64,000 nucleotides of DNA from Deltaproteobacteria bacterium (GTDB lineage Bacteria > Myxococcota_A > Polyangia > Polyangiales > Houyiibacteriaceae). The position numbers and the translations under genes were made by a program. The DNA is taken from contig JAXMNT010000009.1 in assembly GCA_034670305.1 (NCBI GenBank), forward strand, positions 140,953-204,952, in the 5' to 3' direction. A model generated the notes under the pieces. That model searched no databases and was not told the origin of the DNA. It saw only the letters and a program-made list of their open reading frames with translations. Shown here in pieces: positions 14,878 through 24,648 of the stretch. Each line of letters starts with the position of its first letter. Position 1 is the stretch's first letter.

Positions 14878-15834
14878 CTAGTCGACCTTGAGGTACCCGG
14901 CCTTGATCAGCTTCACGAGGATGCCGCTCGTCTCGAGGTCGCTCGCGAGACTCTTGTTCAGCACCGCTTCGACGTGGGCGTAGTTGTGCGCGAGCTGGAG
15001 GACGTCGAGTTCGTCGGGCGCGAGTTCACGCAGCGGAGGAATCAAGGGTGAGGCCAACGTGACGCTCGAGGAGAGGGGCGGCATGTCGGGCCCGAGCCGG
15101 CGGACTTCGTCGAGCTGCCGCATCGCCTCCATGAGCAACCCTTCGGTGCTCATCTCGATCGGGTCGAGGAACTCCCGATCCTCGGGCGCGGCCATGTCGA
15201 AGGTGCCTTCGGTCCAGGTGATGATCCGGTAGAAGCTCTTCACCGGCGACACGTCGTAGTTGTCGTTGATGACGGAGAACACGACGCGGCCCTTGTCGAG
15301 GAAGATCTTGCCGGTGTCGTTGTCCGTGCGAACCACGAGGGTGCCGCTCTTCTTACTCGCGCTGAACAGCTGCAGGAGATCGGGCAGCGGCACCTCACCG
15401 ATGGAGCCCGTCATGGTGCGCACCTGCGAGGTGCGCTTTCCGGCCGCCACATCTTCGAGATGCGCCTTGGCTTCGTCGAGCGACGCGGGTCCTTCGGTCG
15501 CGATGACCTTGATGATGCTGGTCCCGATGAGGATGCGATCCCCTTCGTTCAGCCGGGCGCGTTTGATCTTCTCGCCGTTGACGAAACTGCCGTTCGTCGA
15601 CCCGAGGTCCTGGATGAAGATCTGGTCGTTCGTGACCGTGATCTTGGCGTGGCGGCGCGAGACCATGTCCTCGACGAGCACCATGTCGAGTTCGCTCGAG
15701 CGACCGATCACGATCTCCCCCTCCTCGGGCAACGGGAATTCGCCACCTTGGTATTTGCCGGAGATGAAACGCAGCGCGAACGACCGAGCGGAGCGGTGTT
15801 GGGGCGGCGACATCTTGGGGGACGGAGGCTCCAT
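14878..15834 (-). CDS. FHA domain + DUF4388 (PatA-N-like) protein
   Basis: FHA motifs IGRS, VSRRHA and DLGSTNGSFVNG; C-terminal GSIGEVPLPDLLQL...W.EG.F...GLLMEAMRQLDE. Confidence 0.88.
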   Translation of the reverse strand: MEPPSPKMSPPQHRSARSFALRFISGKYQGGEFPLPEEGEIVIGRSSELDMVLVEDMVSRRHAKITVTNDQIFIQDLGSTNGSFVNGEKIKRARLNEGDRILIGTSIIKVIATEGPASLDEAKAHLEDVAAGKRTSQVRTMTGSIGEVPLPDLLQLFSASKKSGTLVVRTDNDTGKIFLDKGRVVFSVINDNYDVSPVKSFYRIITWTEGTFDMAAPEDREFLDPIEMSTEGLLMEAMRQLDEVRRLGPDMPPLSSSVTLASPLIPPLRELAPDELDVLQLAHNYAHVEAVLNKSLASDLETSGILVKLIKAGYLKVD

Positions 15835-16028
15835 GTGGGAGATGCGTGGGGCCGATGAGGGCCACGCGAGGGGGGTAGGCTAGGTCGTTGGAGCCAGCGC
15901 GGTCAAGGTTTGCTGGTGCCTGGATGCACGGTCATGTCCCTGAAATCATGAGAGACCCCCGGACGGCCAAGGGGAGGGCGCACCACCTCACACGATGGCC
16001 GAGGCCGCCAGCCGTGGTAGAGGTAGAC

Positions 16029-18953
16029 ATGTCGGCTGGCCCGAACGCCGCGAGGAGTAGGGCACCACGCTCCGGGCCGGTGCTTTGGGGTGTCGCGCTG
16101 TCGGTCGCGGCCGTGTTTTGGGCCCTGGCCGGCCCAGCGTCCGCGCAAGTCCGGGACCGCAGGCTTCGGTGGCGCACCATCGAGACCGAGCACTTCGCGG
16201 TCCACTACCCGCAGCCCCTCGGCATGCTCGCCCGGCGGGTCGCGGACGTGGCGGAGCGGGCCCATGCCCGGCTCGTCACGGTGTTCGACCACGCCCCACG
16301 AGAGCGGGTCGAGATGGTGCTCACCGACGACACCGATTCGGCCAATGGCTCGGCGACGCCGCTTCCCTTCGCCAACATCCGGCTTTTCGCCAGTGCACCG
16401 TCCGACCTCACCCCACTCGGGGACTACGACGACTGGTTCACGGTGCTCGTCACCCACGAAGACACGCACATCGTGCACCTCGACACGATCGGCGGGATCC
16501 CAGCGCTCATCAACGCGGTGCTCGGCAAGAGCTACGCGCCGAACCTCATCCAGCCGCGCTGGTTCATCGAAGGGCTCGCCACCCACGTCGAGTCCGCGGA
16601 GACCTCCGGGGGCCGCATCCGCTCGACGATGTTCGAGATGTACATGCGCATGGCGACGCTCGAGGACCGGCTTCTGACGCTCGACCAGCTGAGCTCGAGC
16701 GTCGATGCGTGGCCGCGGGGAACCGCCTGGTACCTCTACGGGGGGCGCTTCGTCGACTTCATCGCGCGGCGTTACGGACGCGATGCATTGACGCAGATCT
16801 CGCACGCGTATGGCCGGCAACTCGTGCCCTACGGGGTCAACCGGGTCGCCCAGCGCGTCACGGGAAAGACGTTCGTCGAACTCTACGCCGAGTGGCAGGA
16901 CGACCTTCGCGAGAAACACGGGCGGGTGCGCGACGAGGTCGTCGCCACGGGCCGGGTCGAGGGCGAGCGCATCACCTTCCACGGCGAGCTCGCGCGGTCG
17001 CCGCGCTTCGTCGATGAGGAGACGTTGGTCTACTACGTCGCCGACGGACACAACGATCCGGCGCTGCGCCTCATCGACCGCAGCGGCCACGACCCGCGAC
17101 AGCTGACGCGCGTGGTTGGGGAGGCGTATGCCGCGCCAGCCGGCCGGGGCCGGATGATCTACGACTCGCTCGACGCGCATCGGGACATCTACTTCATGAA
17201 CGACCTGTTCATGATCGACGGCGGCGAGCGAACCCGGCTCACCGAAGGGCTGCGAGCCCAGCATCCGGATCTCGCCCCGGACGGTCGCCGGCTCGTGTTC
17301 ACCTCGAACAGCGCGGGCACCACCCACTTGATGATGGCCGACCTGCAAGATGTGCAAGCGAGCGCGCGGGTGCTCCTGCGCAGTCGGCGCTACGAACAGG
17401 TCTTCACCCCGCGCTGGTCGCCCGACGGAACCACGATCGCCATCAGCCGCTGGCGCGCGCCCGGATATCGAGACGTCGTGCTTGTGGACGCACAAAGCGG
17501 CGACGTGCGGGCGGTGACCGACGATCGCGCGCTCGACACCGGACCGGCGTGGTCGCCCGACGGCCGCACCTTGTACTTCAGCAGCGACCGCACCGGGATC
17601 GCGAACCTCTTCGCGTACGACCTGGAAACCGGCGCGACCCACCAGGTCACCAACAGTCTCTCAGGCGCCTACGCCCCGACGGTGAACCCGAACGGCCGAG
17701 AGCTGGTCTACCTCGGGTACACCAGCTTCGGGTTCGACCTCTTTCGGTTGCCCCTCGATCGTTCGACCTGGCGCGACGCGCCGCTCTACGAGAACAACCG
17801 GCCCGCGGCGGTGGAGCCGGGGGAGAGCGCGCTTCTCTCCTCGCGGTACCGGCCAGCGCGCACGGTCTACCCCCGCTCCTACCTGCTCGACTTTCAGCCG
17901 GACTCGTTCGGCACCCAGCTCGGCGTCACCATCGCCGGCACCGATCTGGCCGAACACCACCGCTACGCCGCTCGGGTCGGGGTGAGCCTCGCAGAGGGGT
18001 ACGTGAACGCGGACGCGAGCTGGGTGTTTCAGCGAACCCCGGCGCCCGTCACCCTTCACGCGTTTCGTCGGGTCGCACTTCGGGGCGGACTGCAGGTGGC
18101 TGGCGAGGAACGCAACTGGGTCGAGGATGCGATCGGCGCCGACGTGGGGTTGAACTACAGCATCCCGCGCATGCTCCATGCGGAGTCCATCAGCGCGAAC
18201 TACTCGGTGGTGAACCTGCGGCAGGGCGAGCCGTTCGGCGGGACCCTCGATCCGAACACCCCGCCGCCGGTCCTCCCGACCACCGGGCGGTTGGCGTCGC
18301 TCCGGGTCGGCTGGGGGTACTCGAATGTGCGCCAGCACTTCTACGACATGTTTCCGTCCGAGGGCCGGAACTTCGGCGCCAGCATCTCCCTCTCGCACCC
18401 GGTGCTCGGAAGTGCATTTCGCGCGGCGAGTCTCTCGTGGTCCTGGACGCGTCACGTCGAAGCCCCGTGGCGGCAGCACCATGTGTTCTCCCTTCGTTAT
18501 GGGGGCGGGATCAGCGGCGGCGACCTCGGCCACCGCGGGGTGTTCGCGCTCGGAGGCTTTGGCGACGCGAGCCTCTTCGACCAGCTCCGCAACCAGAGTT
18601 CGCTCGGCGGCACGGCGCTGCGTGGGTACGACCCGTTCAGTCGAGCCGGCACCCAGTTCCAGCTGGTCCAGCTCGAGTACCGGTTCCCGCTCTTCCGGAT
18701 CATGCGGGGGATCCAGACGCTGCCGGTCTATCTGAACCGCACCTACGCGCTGGTCTTCGTGGACGTTGGCGATGCGTACCGGGGGCGCTTCGACCCCACG
18801 ACTCTGCGGGTCGGTGCGGGGGCGGAGATCTTCCTCGACTTCACCCTGGGCTTCATCCTCCCGTTCACGATGCGCATCGGGTTCGCCTACGGATTCATGG
18901 ACGAAGAGGCGGGTGGCGCCCAGTTCTACGCCCACCTCGGCGTGCCTTTCTAA
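16029..18953 (+). CDS. Omp85/BamA-like outer-membrane protein with N-terminal Zn-metallopeptidase and TolB-like (PD40) propeller domains
   Basis: Signal peptide; HEDTH plus WFIEGLA (gluzincin); P.WSPDG repeats; barrel motifs LRGY, LEYRFP and GAGAE; ends in F. Start chosen at the GAGG-preceded ATG. Confidence 0.85.
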   Translation: MSAGPNAARSRAPRSGPVLWGVALSVAAVFWALAGPASAQVRDRRLRWRTIETEHFAVHYPQPLGMLARRVADVAERAHARLVTVFDHAPRERVEMVLTDDTDSANGSATPLPFANIRLFASAPSDLTPLGDYDDWFTVLVTHEDTHIVHLDTIGGIPALINAVLGKSYAPNLIQPRWFIEGLATHVESAETSGGRIRSTMFEMYMRMATLEDRLLTLDQLSSSVDAWPRGTAWYLYGGRFVDFIARRYGRDALTQISHAYGRQLVPYGVNRVAQRVTGKTFVELYAEWQDDLREKHGRVRDEVVATGRVEGERITFHGELARSPRFVDEETLVYYVADGHNDPALRLIDRSGHDPRQLTRVVGEAYAAPAGRGRMIYDSLDAHRDIYFMNDLFMIDGGERTRLTEGLRAQHPDLAPDGRRLVFTSNSAGTTHLMMADLQDVQASARVLLRSRRYEQVFTPRWSPDGTTIAISRWRAPGYRDVVLVDAQSGDVRAVTDDRALDTGPAWSPDGRTLYFSSDRTGIANLFAYDLETGATHQVTNSLSGAYAPTVNPNGRELVYLGYTSFGFDLFRLPLDRSTWRDAPLYENNRPAAVEPGESALLSSRYRPARTVYPRSYLLDFQPDSFGTQLGVTIAGTDLAEHHRYAARVGVSLAEGYVNADASWVFQRTPAPVTLHAFRRVALRGGLQVAGEERNWVEDAIGADVGLNYSIPRMLHAESISANYSVVNLRQGEPFGGTLDPNTPPPVLPTTGRLASLRVGWGYSNVRQHFYDMFPSEGRNFGASISLSHPVLGSAFRAASLSWSWTRHVEAPWRQHHVFSLRYGGGISGGDLGHRGVFALGGFGDASLFDQLRNQSSLGGTALRGYDPFSRAGTQFQLVQLEYRFPLFRIMRGIQTLPVYLNRTYALVFVDVGDAYRGRFDPTTLRVGAGAEIFLDFTLGFILPFTMRIGFAYGFMDEEAGGAQFYAHLGVPF

Positions 18954-19463
18954 TTGCCACTACGGGCCTGGCTCGCTTCGCGAGACTGGCGGCCCTAATT
19001 CGGCGTCCAGAGCACATCGACGTGCTCACCGCCTGTTCGCTTGATGCACTGAAGAAGCATCTGGATGCTCTTGGCGGCTGCGCGCGGTCGATGCACTCCC
19101 GCCGCCTCCATGACGCACTTGGGGAGTGCACCAGTTGCTCGGCCTTCGGCCTGCGCAGGTGCACGGGTGGAGATGCCTGACTCGCTGGCGCTGGTCGAGG
19201 CCTGGCTCGCTTCGCGAGACTGGCGGCCCTAATTCGGCGTCCAGAGCACATCGACGTGCTCGCCGCCCACTCCTTGGGTGCACTGAAGAAACATCAGGGG
19301 CAGTTGGCGGCTGCGCGCGGTCGATGCACTCCTGCCGCCTCTGTGACGCACTTCAAGAGTGCACCAGTTGCTCGGCCTTCGGCCTGCGCAGGTGCACGGG
19401 TGGAGATGCCTGACTCGCAGGCGCTGTTCGGGCCTGGCTCGCTTCGCGAGACTGGCGGGCCTA
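18953..19463 (+). repeat. Tandem array of a ~234-bp structured repeat (2 full units and the start of a third)
   Basis: Units begin ggcctggctcgcttcgcgagactggc at 18965, 19199 and 19431; a homologous copy lies at 24383-24645 (-). Confidence 0.92.
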
Positions 19464-19544
19464 TGCTCGAGGAATACACCCAGTGGGGAGAAAGAACGCC
19501 CGGGTCCGTATGAGGGGTGAACATCTCCCATTTCGAGGTCTCCC

Positions 19545-21140
19545 GTGCGCACCACCCGCTTTGTCTTTTCGCTTCTCTTTCTCTGCGGCGCGCTCGCGTG
19601 CGGCGACGACGACGCTGGTGTCGATGTGGACGGTGGCACCGACGATGGCGGCACGACCGAAGACGCCATGGTCGAGGCCGATGGATTCGTTCCGGACGGC
19701 TTCGTGCCGGACCCCGACACGGGCGTCGAAGAGATGTGCGACACACCCGGCGCCGTCGAGAGCACCCCATGCGGCATGTGCGGCACCGTGGAGCGGTTCT
19801 GCAACTCGGACCGTGTGTGGGTGTACGGCGACTGCGAAGGCGAGTCGGGTGTCTGCGAAGCGGGCACCACCGAGACCACCATGTGCGGCAACTGCGGCAC
19901 GCAGATGACCCGTTGCAGCGCGACGTGTGAGTGGGAAGACGTCGGCGCGTGCTCCGACGAAGGGGAGTGTGCACCTGGCGAGCGGACCCGCAGCACCGAA
20001 GGGTGCCCGGAGGGATCGAATCGGGAAGTCTTGTGCTCCGACGTCTGCGTGTACGAACCCACCGAAGAGTGCAACTCCGACCCCTGCGACCGGCCCGGCG
20101 CGATCGAAGACGTGCCATGTGGTTTGTGCGGCACCGCGGAACGGTTCTGCAGCGTCGAGGGTTCGTGGGAGTACGGCACCTGCATGGACGAAGGTGTCTG
20201 CATGCCGGGCACCACCGACGACATCGAGTGTGGCATGTGCGGTTCACGCACCGCGCGGTGCAACGACTCGTGCGCCTGGGTCGCCAGTGGCGCGTGTATG
20301 GACGAAGGCACCTGCGCCCCCGGAGAGACCCGTCGCATCACGGCGGGCTGTCCCTCCGGCGAGACCCGTCTGATGGAGTGCGGCGATGGCTGCGGCTACA
20401 CGATCGAGCTCGAGGGCTGCACCGCGGCCCGCCCGATCGACGTCATCTTCCTGCTCGAGACCACTGGCTCGAACAACGCCCAGTTGACGTCCGACCTGCC
20501 CGCTCTCGAGTCCGCGTGCGTGCGACCGTTGCTCGCGCTCGACGATGTGAACGTGGGCGTCGCCTACTTCGGCGAGTACCCGATCTCCCCTTACGGTTCC
20601 CCCGGTGACCGTCCGTTCCAGGGCGGCGTCGAACCCGGCACGACGGTCCGAGCGGTGACCAACGAATGGGACGGCCGACCCATGTTCGGTGGTGCCGATG
20701 GTCCCGACGGGTTGGTCGAAGGACTCTTCTCGCTCCATGGCGGACGACTCGCGGCGGCCTCCATCGCGATGGAGTGCAGCGCGGGACGAGAAGCCGGCGG
20801 CTGCTGGCGTCCGACGGCGCAGCAGGTCGTCGTCGTCCACACCGACAGCGAGGTCCACAACGGACCGAACCCCGAGGGCAGCGGACTCTACTCGCCCTAC
20901 GCTGGGATCTCGCCGGCGCCGGCGACCTGGCCGGGAACCCGGACCCGCATGCGCAGTGACGAGACGGTTCTGCTCATCTTGGACGACAGCGACTTCTCGA
21001 CGACCAGCACCCAGCAGTTCGACCTGATGATCGACGATCTGGGTCAACCCGCCACCGACCGCCACGACATCTCGAGTGGCACCGTCACGGACGCCTGTGC
21101 GGAAGTCGTCGCGCGGGTGCGCGGCTTGATGACGCCCTGA
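19545..21140 (+). CDS. Lipoprotein with Cys-rich CGxCG repeats and a C-terminal vWA domain
   Basis: Lipobox ALAC; repeated C..G....CG.CG...R.C...W; vWA-like DVIFLLETTGS, VGVAYF and GGADGPD. Confidence 0.8.
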   Translation: MRTTRFVFSLLFLCGALACGDDDAGVDVDGGTDDGGTTEDAMVEADGFVPDGFVPDPDTGVEEMCDTPGAVESTPCGMCGTVERFCNSDRVWVYGDCEGESGVCEAGTTETTMCGNCGTQMTRCSATCEWEDVGACSDEGECAPGERTRSTEGCPEGSNREVLCSDVCVYEPTEECNSDPCDRPGAIEDVPCGLCGTAERFCSVEGSWEYGTCMDEGVCMPGTTDDIECGMCGSRTARCNDSCAWVASGACMDEGTCAPGETRRITAGCPSGETRLMECGDGCGYTIELEGCTAARPIDVIFLLETTGSNNAQLTSDLPALESACVRPLLALDDVNVGVAYFGEYPISPYGSPGDRPFQGGVEPGTTVRAVTNEWDGRPMFGGADGPDGLVEGLFSLHGGRLAAASIAMECSAGREAGGCWRPTAQQVVVVHTDSEVHNGPNPEGSGLYSPYAGISPAPATWPGTRTRMRSDETVLLILDDSDFSTTSTQQFDLMIDDLGQPATDRHDISSGTVTDACAEVVARVRGLMTP

Positions 21141-21384
21141 CACCGAGTCGTTGAAGCCCGCGCCCGTCTGGACCACCAGGCGGGCGCAGTCTTTCGTGCG
21201 GGACGCTCTGGCCGCAGGAACGAAGCGACGAGCAGTCCTGAGCCCCGCGAGAGACGAGCCAGCCATGTGTGGGTTTGGGGACCGGCTTGGGCAGCCACCT
21301 TCTTTCACGAGCGCGGCGGGGCTTGCGAAGGTTGGGACGCCGCCTTACCCACATCCCCATGCGCACCCTCCACCAACCCCGTGT

Positions 21385-21655
21385 CGAGTATGCGCACCTC
21401 TGCGTCTGGCCAGCCTTGAACTGAGGCCGTGGCGGTCGACTGAACGCGTTTACACGGGGATAGTCGCTGCGGGGCTGGGCTCGACCTCGTCGGATGCCTC
21501 CTTCGCGACAATCCTTCGCGTTCCCGCCACGGAAACCCCGCGATCGCGACCGCTCTTCTTCGGAGGAGGGGTCCATGCGTGTCGCGGTCGTTCGTGCCGT
21601 TCGAGTCCCGTGAACCGGGACTCGGGAGGGCACGCCTCCATCTTCGAGAAGTCTC
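21385..21655 (+). promoter_or_regulatory. Structured 5' leader of the EF-G paralog
   Basis: Stem ctcttc-TTCG-gaggag nested in cgatcgcgac...gtcgcggtcg; perfect stem cgagtcccg-tgaac-cgggactcg; short uORF at 21390-21419. Confidence 0.4.
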
Positions 21656-23674
21656 ATGACCACCATTTCCAGAACCCGAAACTTTGGCATCGTCGCGCAC
21701 GTCGACGCTGGCAAGACCACGCTCAGCGAACGCATCTTGCGTTTCACCGGACGCATCCGTCGCACCGGTGAAGTCCACCAGGGCGACACCGTGCTCGACC
21801 ACCGTGCCGACGAACGCGACATGGGCATCACCATCACCGCCGCGACCGCGCGGTGTGCATGGCGTGACCACGTCCTCCACTTGATCGACACCCCAGGCCA
21901 CGTCGACTTCACCGTGGAAGTCTCGCGCTCTTTGCGCGTGCTCGACGGAGTCGTGGTGGTGCTCGATGGCGTTGCCGGCGTCGAACCTCAGACCGAAACC
22001 GTCTGGCGTCAGGCCGATGCGCACACGCTTCCGCGCGTGCTGTTCGTGAACAAACTCGATCGGGCCGGCGCGTCCTTCGATCGCTGCCTCGCGGCGGTGG
22101 AAGAACGTTTTGGCGTGCTCGTGGCGCCGGTCGTCGTACCGGTCGATGGCGATGCCGACTGTCTGATCGACGTCGTCTCGGCTCGGCTCCTGATCTGGGC
22201 CGACGCCGAGGGACTCGAGCTGTCCACAGGTCCGGTCCCAGAGCGCTGGCGCTCGCTTCTCGAGCAAGCGCGCGAACGACTCGTGCTTGCGTGTTCGCTC
22301 TTCGACGGGTCTCTGCTCGAAGAACTCTTGCAAGACGGTCCGCTCGGCATCGAACCGGAGCGTCTTCGGAACGCGCTTCGGCACGCCACGCTGGAGCGTC
22401 TGGTGGTCCCGGCACTCGCCGGGTCCGCCTACACCAACCGTGGCGTGCAGCCCTTGCTGGACGCGGTGGTGGATCTGCTTCCATCACCGGAAGACCGAGC
22501 GCTTCCGCTCGGCCTTCGTCCGGAGGCAGACGCACCACTGGCCGCGTTCTGTTTCAAAGTGGTGCACGACAAGTTCGGCGCACTCACCTTCGCGCGCGTC
22601 TATTCGGGCACCCTTCGAGAAGGCACCCGGGTCCGGCGCGGGCGAGACGACTCGAGCCCGCGCGTCGGGCGACTCGTGCGGGTGTTCGCAGCGGACCGTG
22701 AAGACGTGTCGCTCGCGACGGCCGGCGAGATCGTCGGCCTGCTCGGTGGTGACTTCATCACCGGCGACGTGCTCTCCGACGTCGGAAGCGACGTCGCGCT
22801 CGAACCCATTCACATTCCGGAGCCGGTCACACTGCGTGCGATCGAGCCCCAGACCCGGAAGGATCGCGACCGCCTCGGCGGTGCCCTGCGCCGGCTGCTG
22901 ATCGAAGACCCGTCTTTGCGGGTCTCGACCGACGCCGACACGGGCCAGACGCTCCTCGCGGGCATGGGGGAACTCCACCTCGACATCGCGCTCCGTCGTC
23001 TTCGCGACGACCATGGCGTGGGTGTGACCGCGGGTTCGCCTCTGGTCGCCTACCGCGAGACCATCGCGCGCAGCGCCGACCACGACGTGAAACTCAAGAA
23101 GCAGAGCGGTGGACCAGGGCAGTTCGCACACATCGTGGTGCAGGTTCGGCCCGGTGCGCCTGGGTCCGAACTCGTCTTCGCCGACCGCACTTCGGGCGGC
23201 GAAGTGCCTCGGTGTTTCGTACCCGCCATCGAGCGGGGTCTGCGCGACGGAATGACGCGCGGTCCGCTCGGCCAGCCGATCGTCGACCTCGAGGTCGATC
23301 TGGTCGGCGGTTCGTTTCACGCGAACGATTCGCACGAACGCGACTTTCAGTTGGTCGCGGCGCGTGCGGTTCGGGAAGCGTGCCGCCTCGGCGGCCCGGT
23401 GCTGCTCGAACCTTGGATGAGGCTCGAGGTCACCGTGCCCGAATCCGAACTCGGCGATGTGCTCGGAGATCTGAGCAGTCGTCGCGCCCGCATCACCGAC
23501 CTCGAGGCCGGCGTGGGCACGTCGACGGTGCGGGCGGAGGTTCCGCTCTCCCGCACGTTCGGATACGCAGCGAAGCTCGCGTCGATCTCGCATGGACGCG
23601 GCAGCTTCGTGCTCGAACCGCTGGCGTACGAACCCGTTCCGGGTGCGCTTGTGGCGGAGGCTCTGGCGGGCTGA
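21656..23674 (+). CDS. fusA: Elongation factor G paralog (EF-G2/FusA-like GTPase)
   Basis: AHVDAGKTT, DTPGHVDF, NKLD, GMGELHL, KKQSGGPGQF and LLEP motifs; not in the str operon. Confidence 0.9.
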   Translation: MTTISRTRNFGIVAHVDAGKTTLSERILRFTGRIRRTGEVHQGDTVLDHRADERDMGITITAATARCAWRDHVLHLIDTPGHVDFTVEVSRSLRVLDGVVVVLDGVAGVEPQTETVWRQADAHTLPRVLFVNKLDRAGASFDRCLAAVEERFGVLVAPVVVPVDGDADCLIDVVSARLLIWADAEGLELSTGPVPERWRSLLEQARERLVLACSLFDGSLLEELLQDGPLGIEPERLRNALRHATLERLVVPALAGSAYTNRGVQPLLDAVVDLLPSPEDRALPLGLRPEADAPLAAFCFKVVHDKFGALTFARVYSGTLREGTRVRRGRDDSSPRVGRLVRVFAADREDVSLATAGEIVGLLGGDFITGDVLSDVGSDVALEPIHIPEPVTLRAIEPQTRKDRDRLGGALRRLLIEDPSLRVSTDADTGQTLLAGMGELHLDIALRRLRDDHGVGVTAGSPLVAYRETIARSADHDVKLKKQSGGPGQFAHIVVQVRPGAPGSELVFADRTSGGEVPRCFVPAIERGLRDGMTRGPLGQPIVDLEVDLVGGSFHANDSHERDFQLVAARAVREACRLGGPVLLEPWMRLEVTVPESELGDVLGDLSSRRARITDLEAGVGTSTVRAEVPLSRTFGYAAKLASISHGRGSFVLEPLAYEPVPGALVAEALAG

Positions 23675-23692
23675 ACGTCAGACCCACGAGAG

Positions 23693-23734
23693 ACGGCCCG
23701 GTTCACGTTCGCACGTGGGCCGGGCCGTTGTTTT
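23693..23734 (+). terminator. Intrinsic terminator between the convergent EF-G paralog and frr
   Basis: 16-bp stem acggcccggttcacgt-tcgc-acgtgggccgggccgt (G-U pairs allowed) followed by tgtttt. Confidence 0.75.
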
Positions 23735-23764
23735 GTCATGAGGTCGGGTGAACGCGGAAGCGCG

Positions 23765-24322
23765 TCAGACCACCATGATGTCTTTCTCTTTCTTGGAGAC
23801 GAGCTCGTCGGTCCGCTCGGTGCCGGCTTTCACGACGGCTTCCATCTCCTTGCGGCCGCGATCGGCTTCGTCGGCACCGACGTCGCCGTCCTTCTCCATC
23901 GCATCGAACATGTCTTTCGCTTCGTGTCGAGCGGCGCGGATGGCGACCTTGCAGTCTTCGCCCTTCGCTTTCGCGACCTTGACCAGATCCTTGCGGCGCT
24001 CTTCGGTGAGGGCGGGCATGGGGATGCGGATGAGCTCGCCGTCGTTCGACGGGTTGAGCCCCAGCTGGGCCTTCATGATGGCCGCTTCGATCTCCTTCAT
24101 CTGAGTCCGGTCGAAGGGCTTGAGCAGGATCATGCGCGGCTCGGGTACGCTCATCGACGCGATCTGTTTGAGCGGCGTCGGCGTGCCGTAATAGTCCACG
24201 CGTACCCCGTCGAGAACGTCGGGGTTGGCGCGACCAGTGCGGATCTTCGCCAGCTCACGTTTGAGAGAATCGTGCGCCTGCTTGATGGACGCGTTCAGCT
24301 CGTTGAGGGTGTCCTTGATCAT
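23765..24322 (-). CDS. frr: Ribosome recycling factor
   Basis: IRTGRANP, DYYGTPTPL, LGLNPSNDG and LTEERRK motifs; 185 aa. Confidence 0.98.
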   Translation of the reverse strand: MIKDTLNELNASIKQAHDSLKRELAKIRTGRANPDVLDGVRVDYYGTPTPLKQIASMSVPEPRMILLKPFDRTQMKEIEAAIMKAQLGLNPSNDGELIRIPMPALTEERRKDLVKVAKAKGEDCKVAIRAARHEAKDMFDAMEKDGDVGADEADRGRKEMEAVVKAGTERTDELVSKKEKDIMVV

Positions 24323-24382
24323 CGTCCGACTGTACCCGACCCCACACCAGGCCGGGAAGCGAGATGTTCACTCGACGGGTAC

Positions 24383-24645
24383 CTCGCGAAGCGAGCCAGG
24401 CCACGAGATGACGCCAGCGAGTCAGGCATCTCCACCCGTGCACCTGCGCAGGCCGCAGGCCGAGCAACTGGTGCACTCCCCAAGTGCGTCACAGAGGCGG
24501 CGGGAGTGCATCGACCGCGCACAGCCGCAAACGCCGCACTGCTTCTTCAGTGCACCCATCGAAGGGCGGCGAGCACGTCGATGTGCTCTGGACGCCGAAT
24601 TAGGGCCGCCAGTCGAGCGAAGCGAGCCAGGCCCGTAGCGGCAAT
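24383..24645 (-). repeat. Single copy of the ~234-bp structured element between pyrH and frr
   Basis: Its reverse complement matches the 18953-19463 unit and is bounded by direct repeats of ggcctggctcgcttcgc. Confidence 0.92.
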
Positions 24646-24648
24646 GAA

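Noticed and set aside
18953-19463. CRISPR array
   Set aside because: The units are ~234 bp and mostly conserved, with no unique spacers of uniform length, and there are no cas genes in the window
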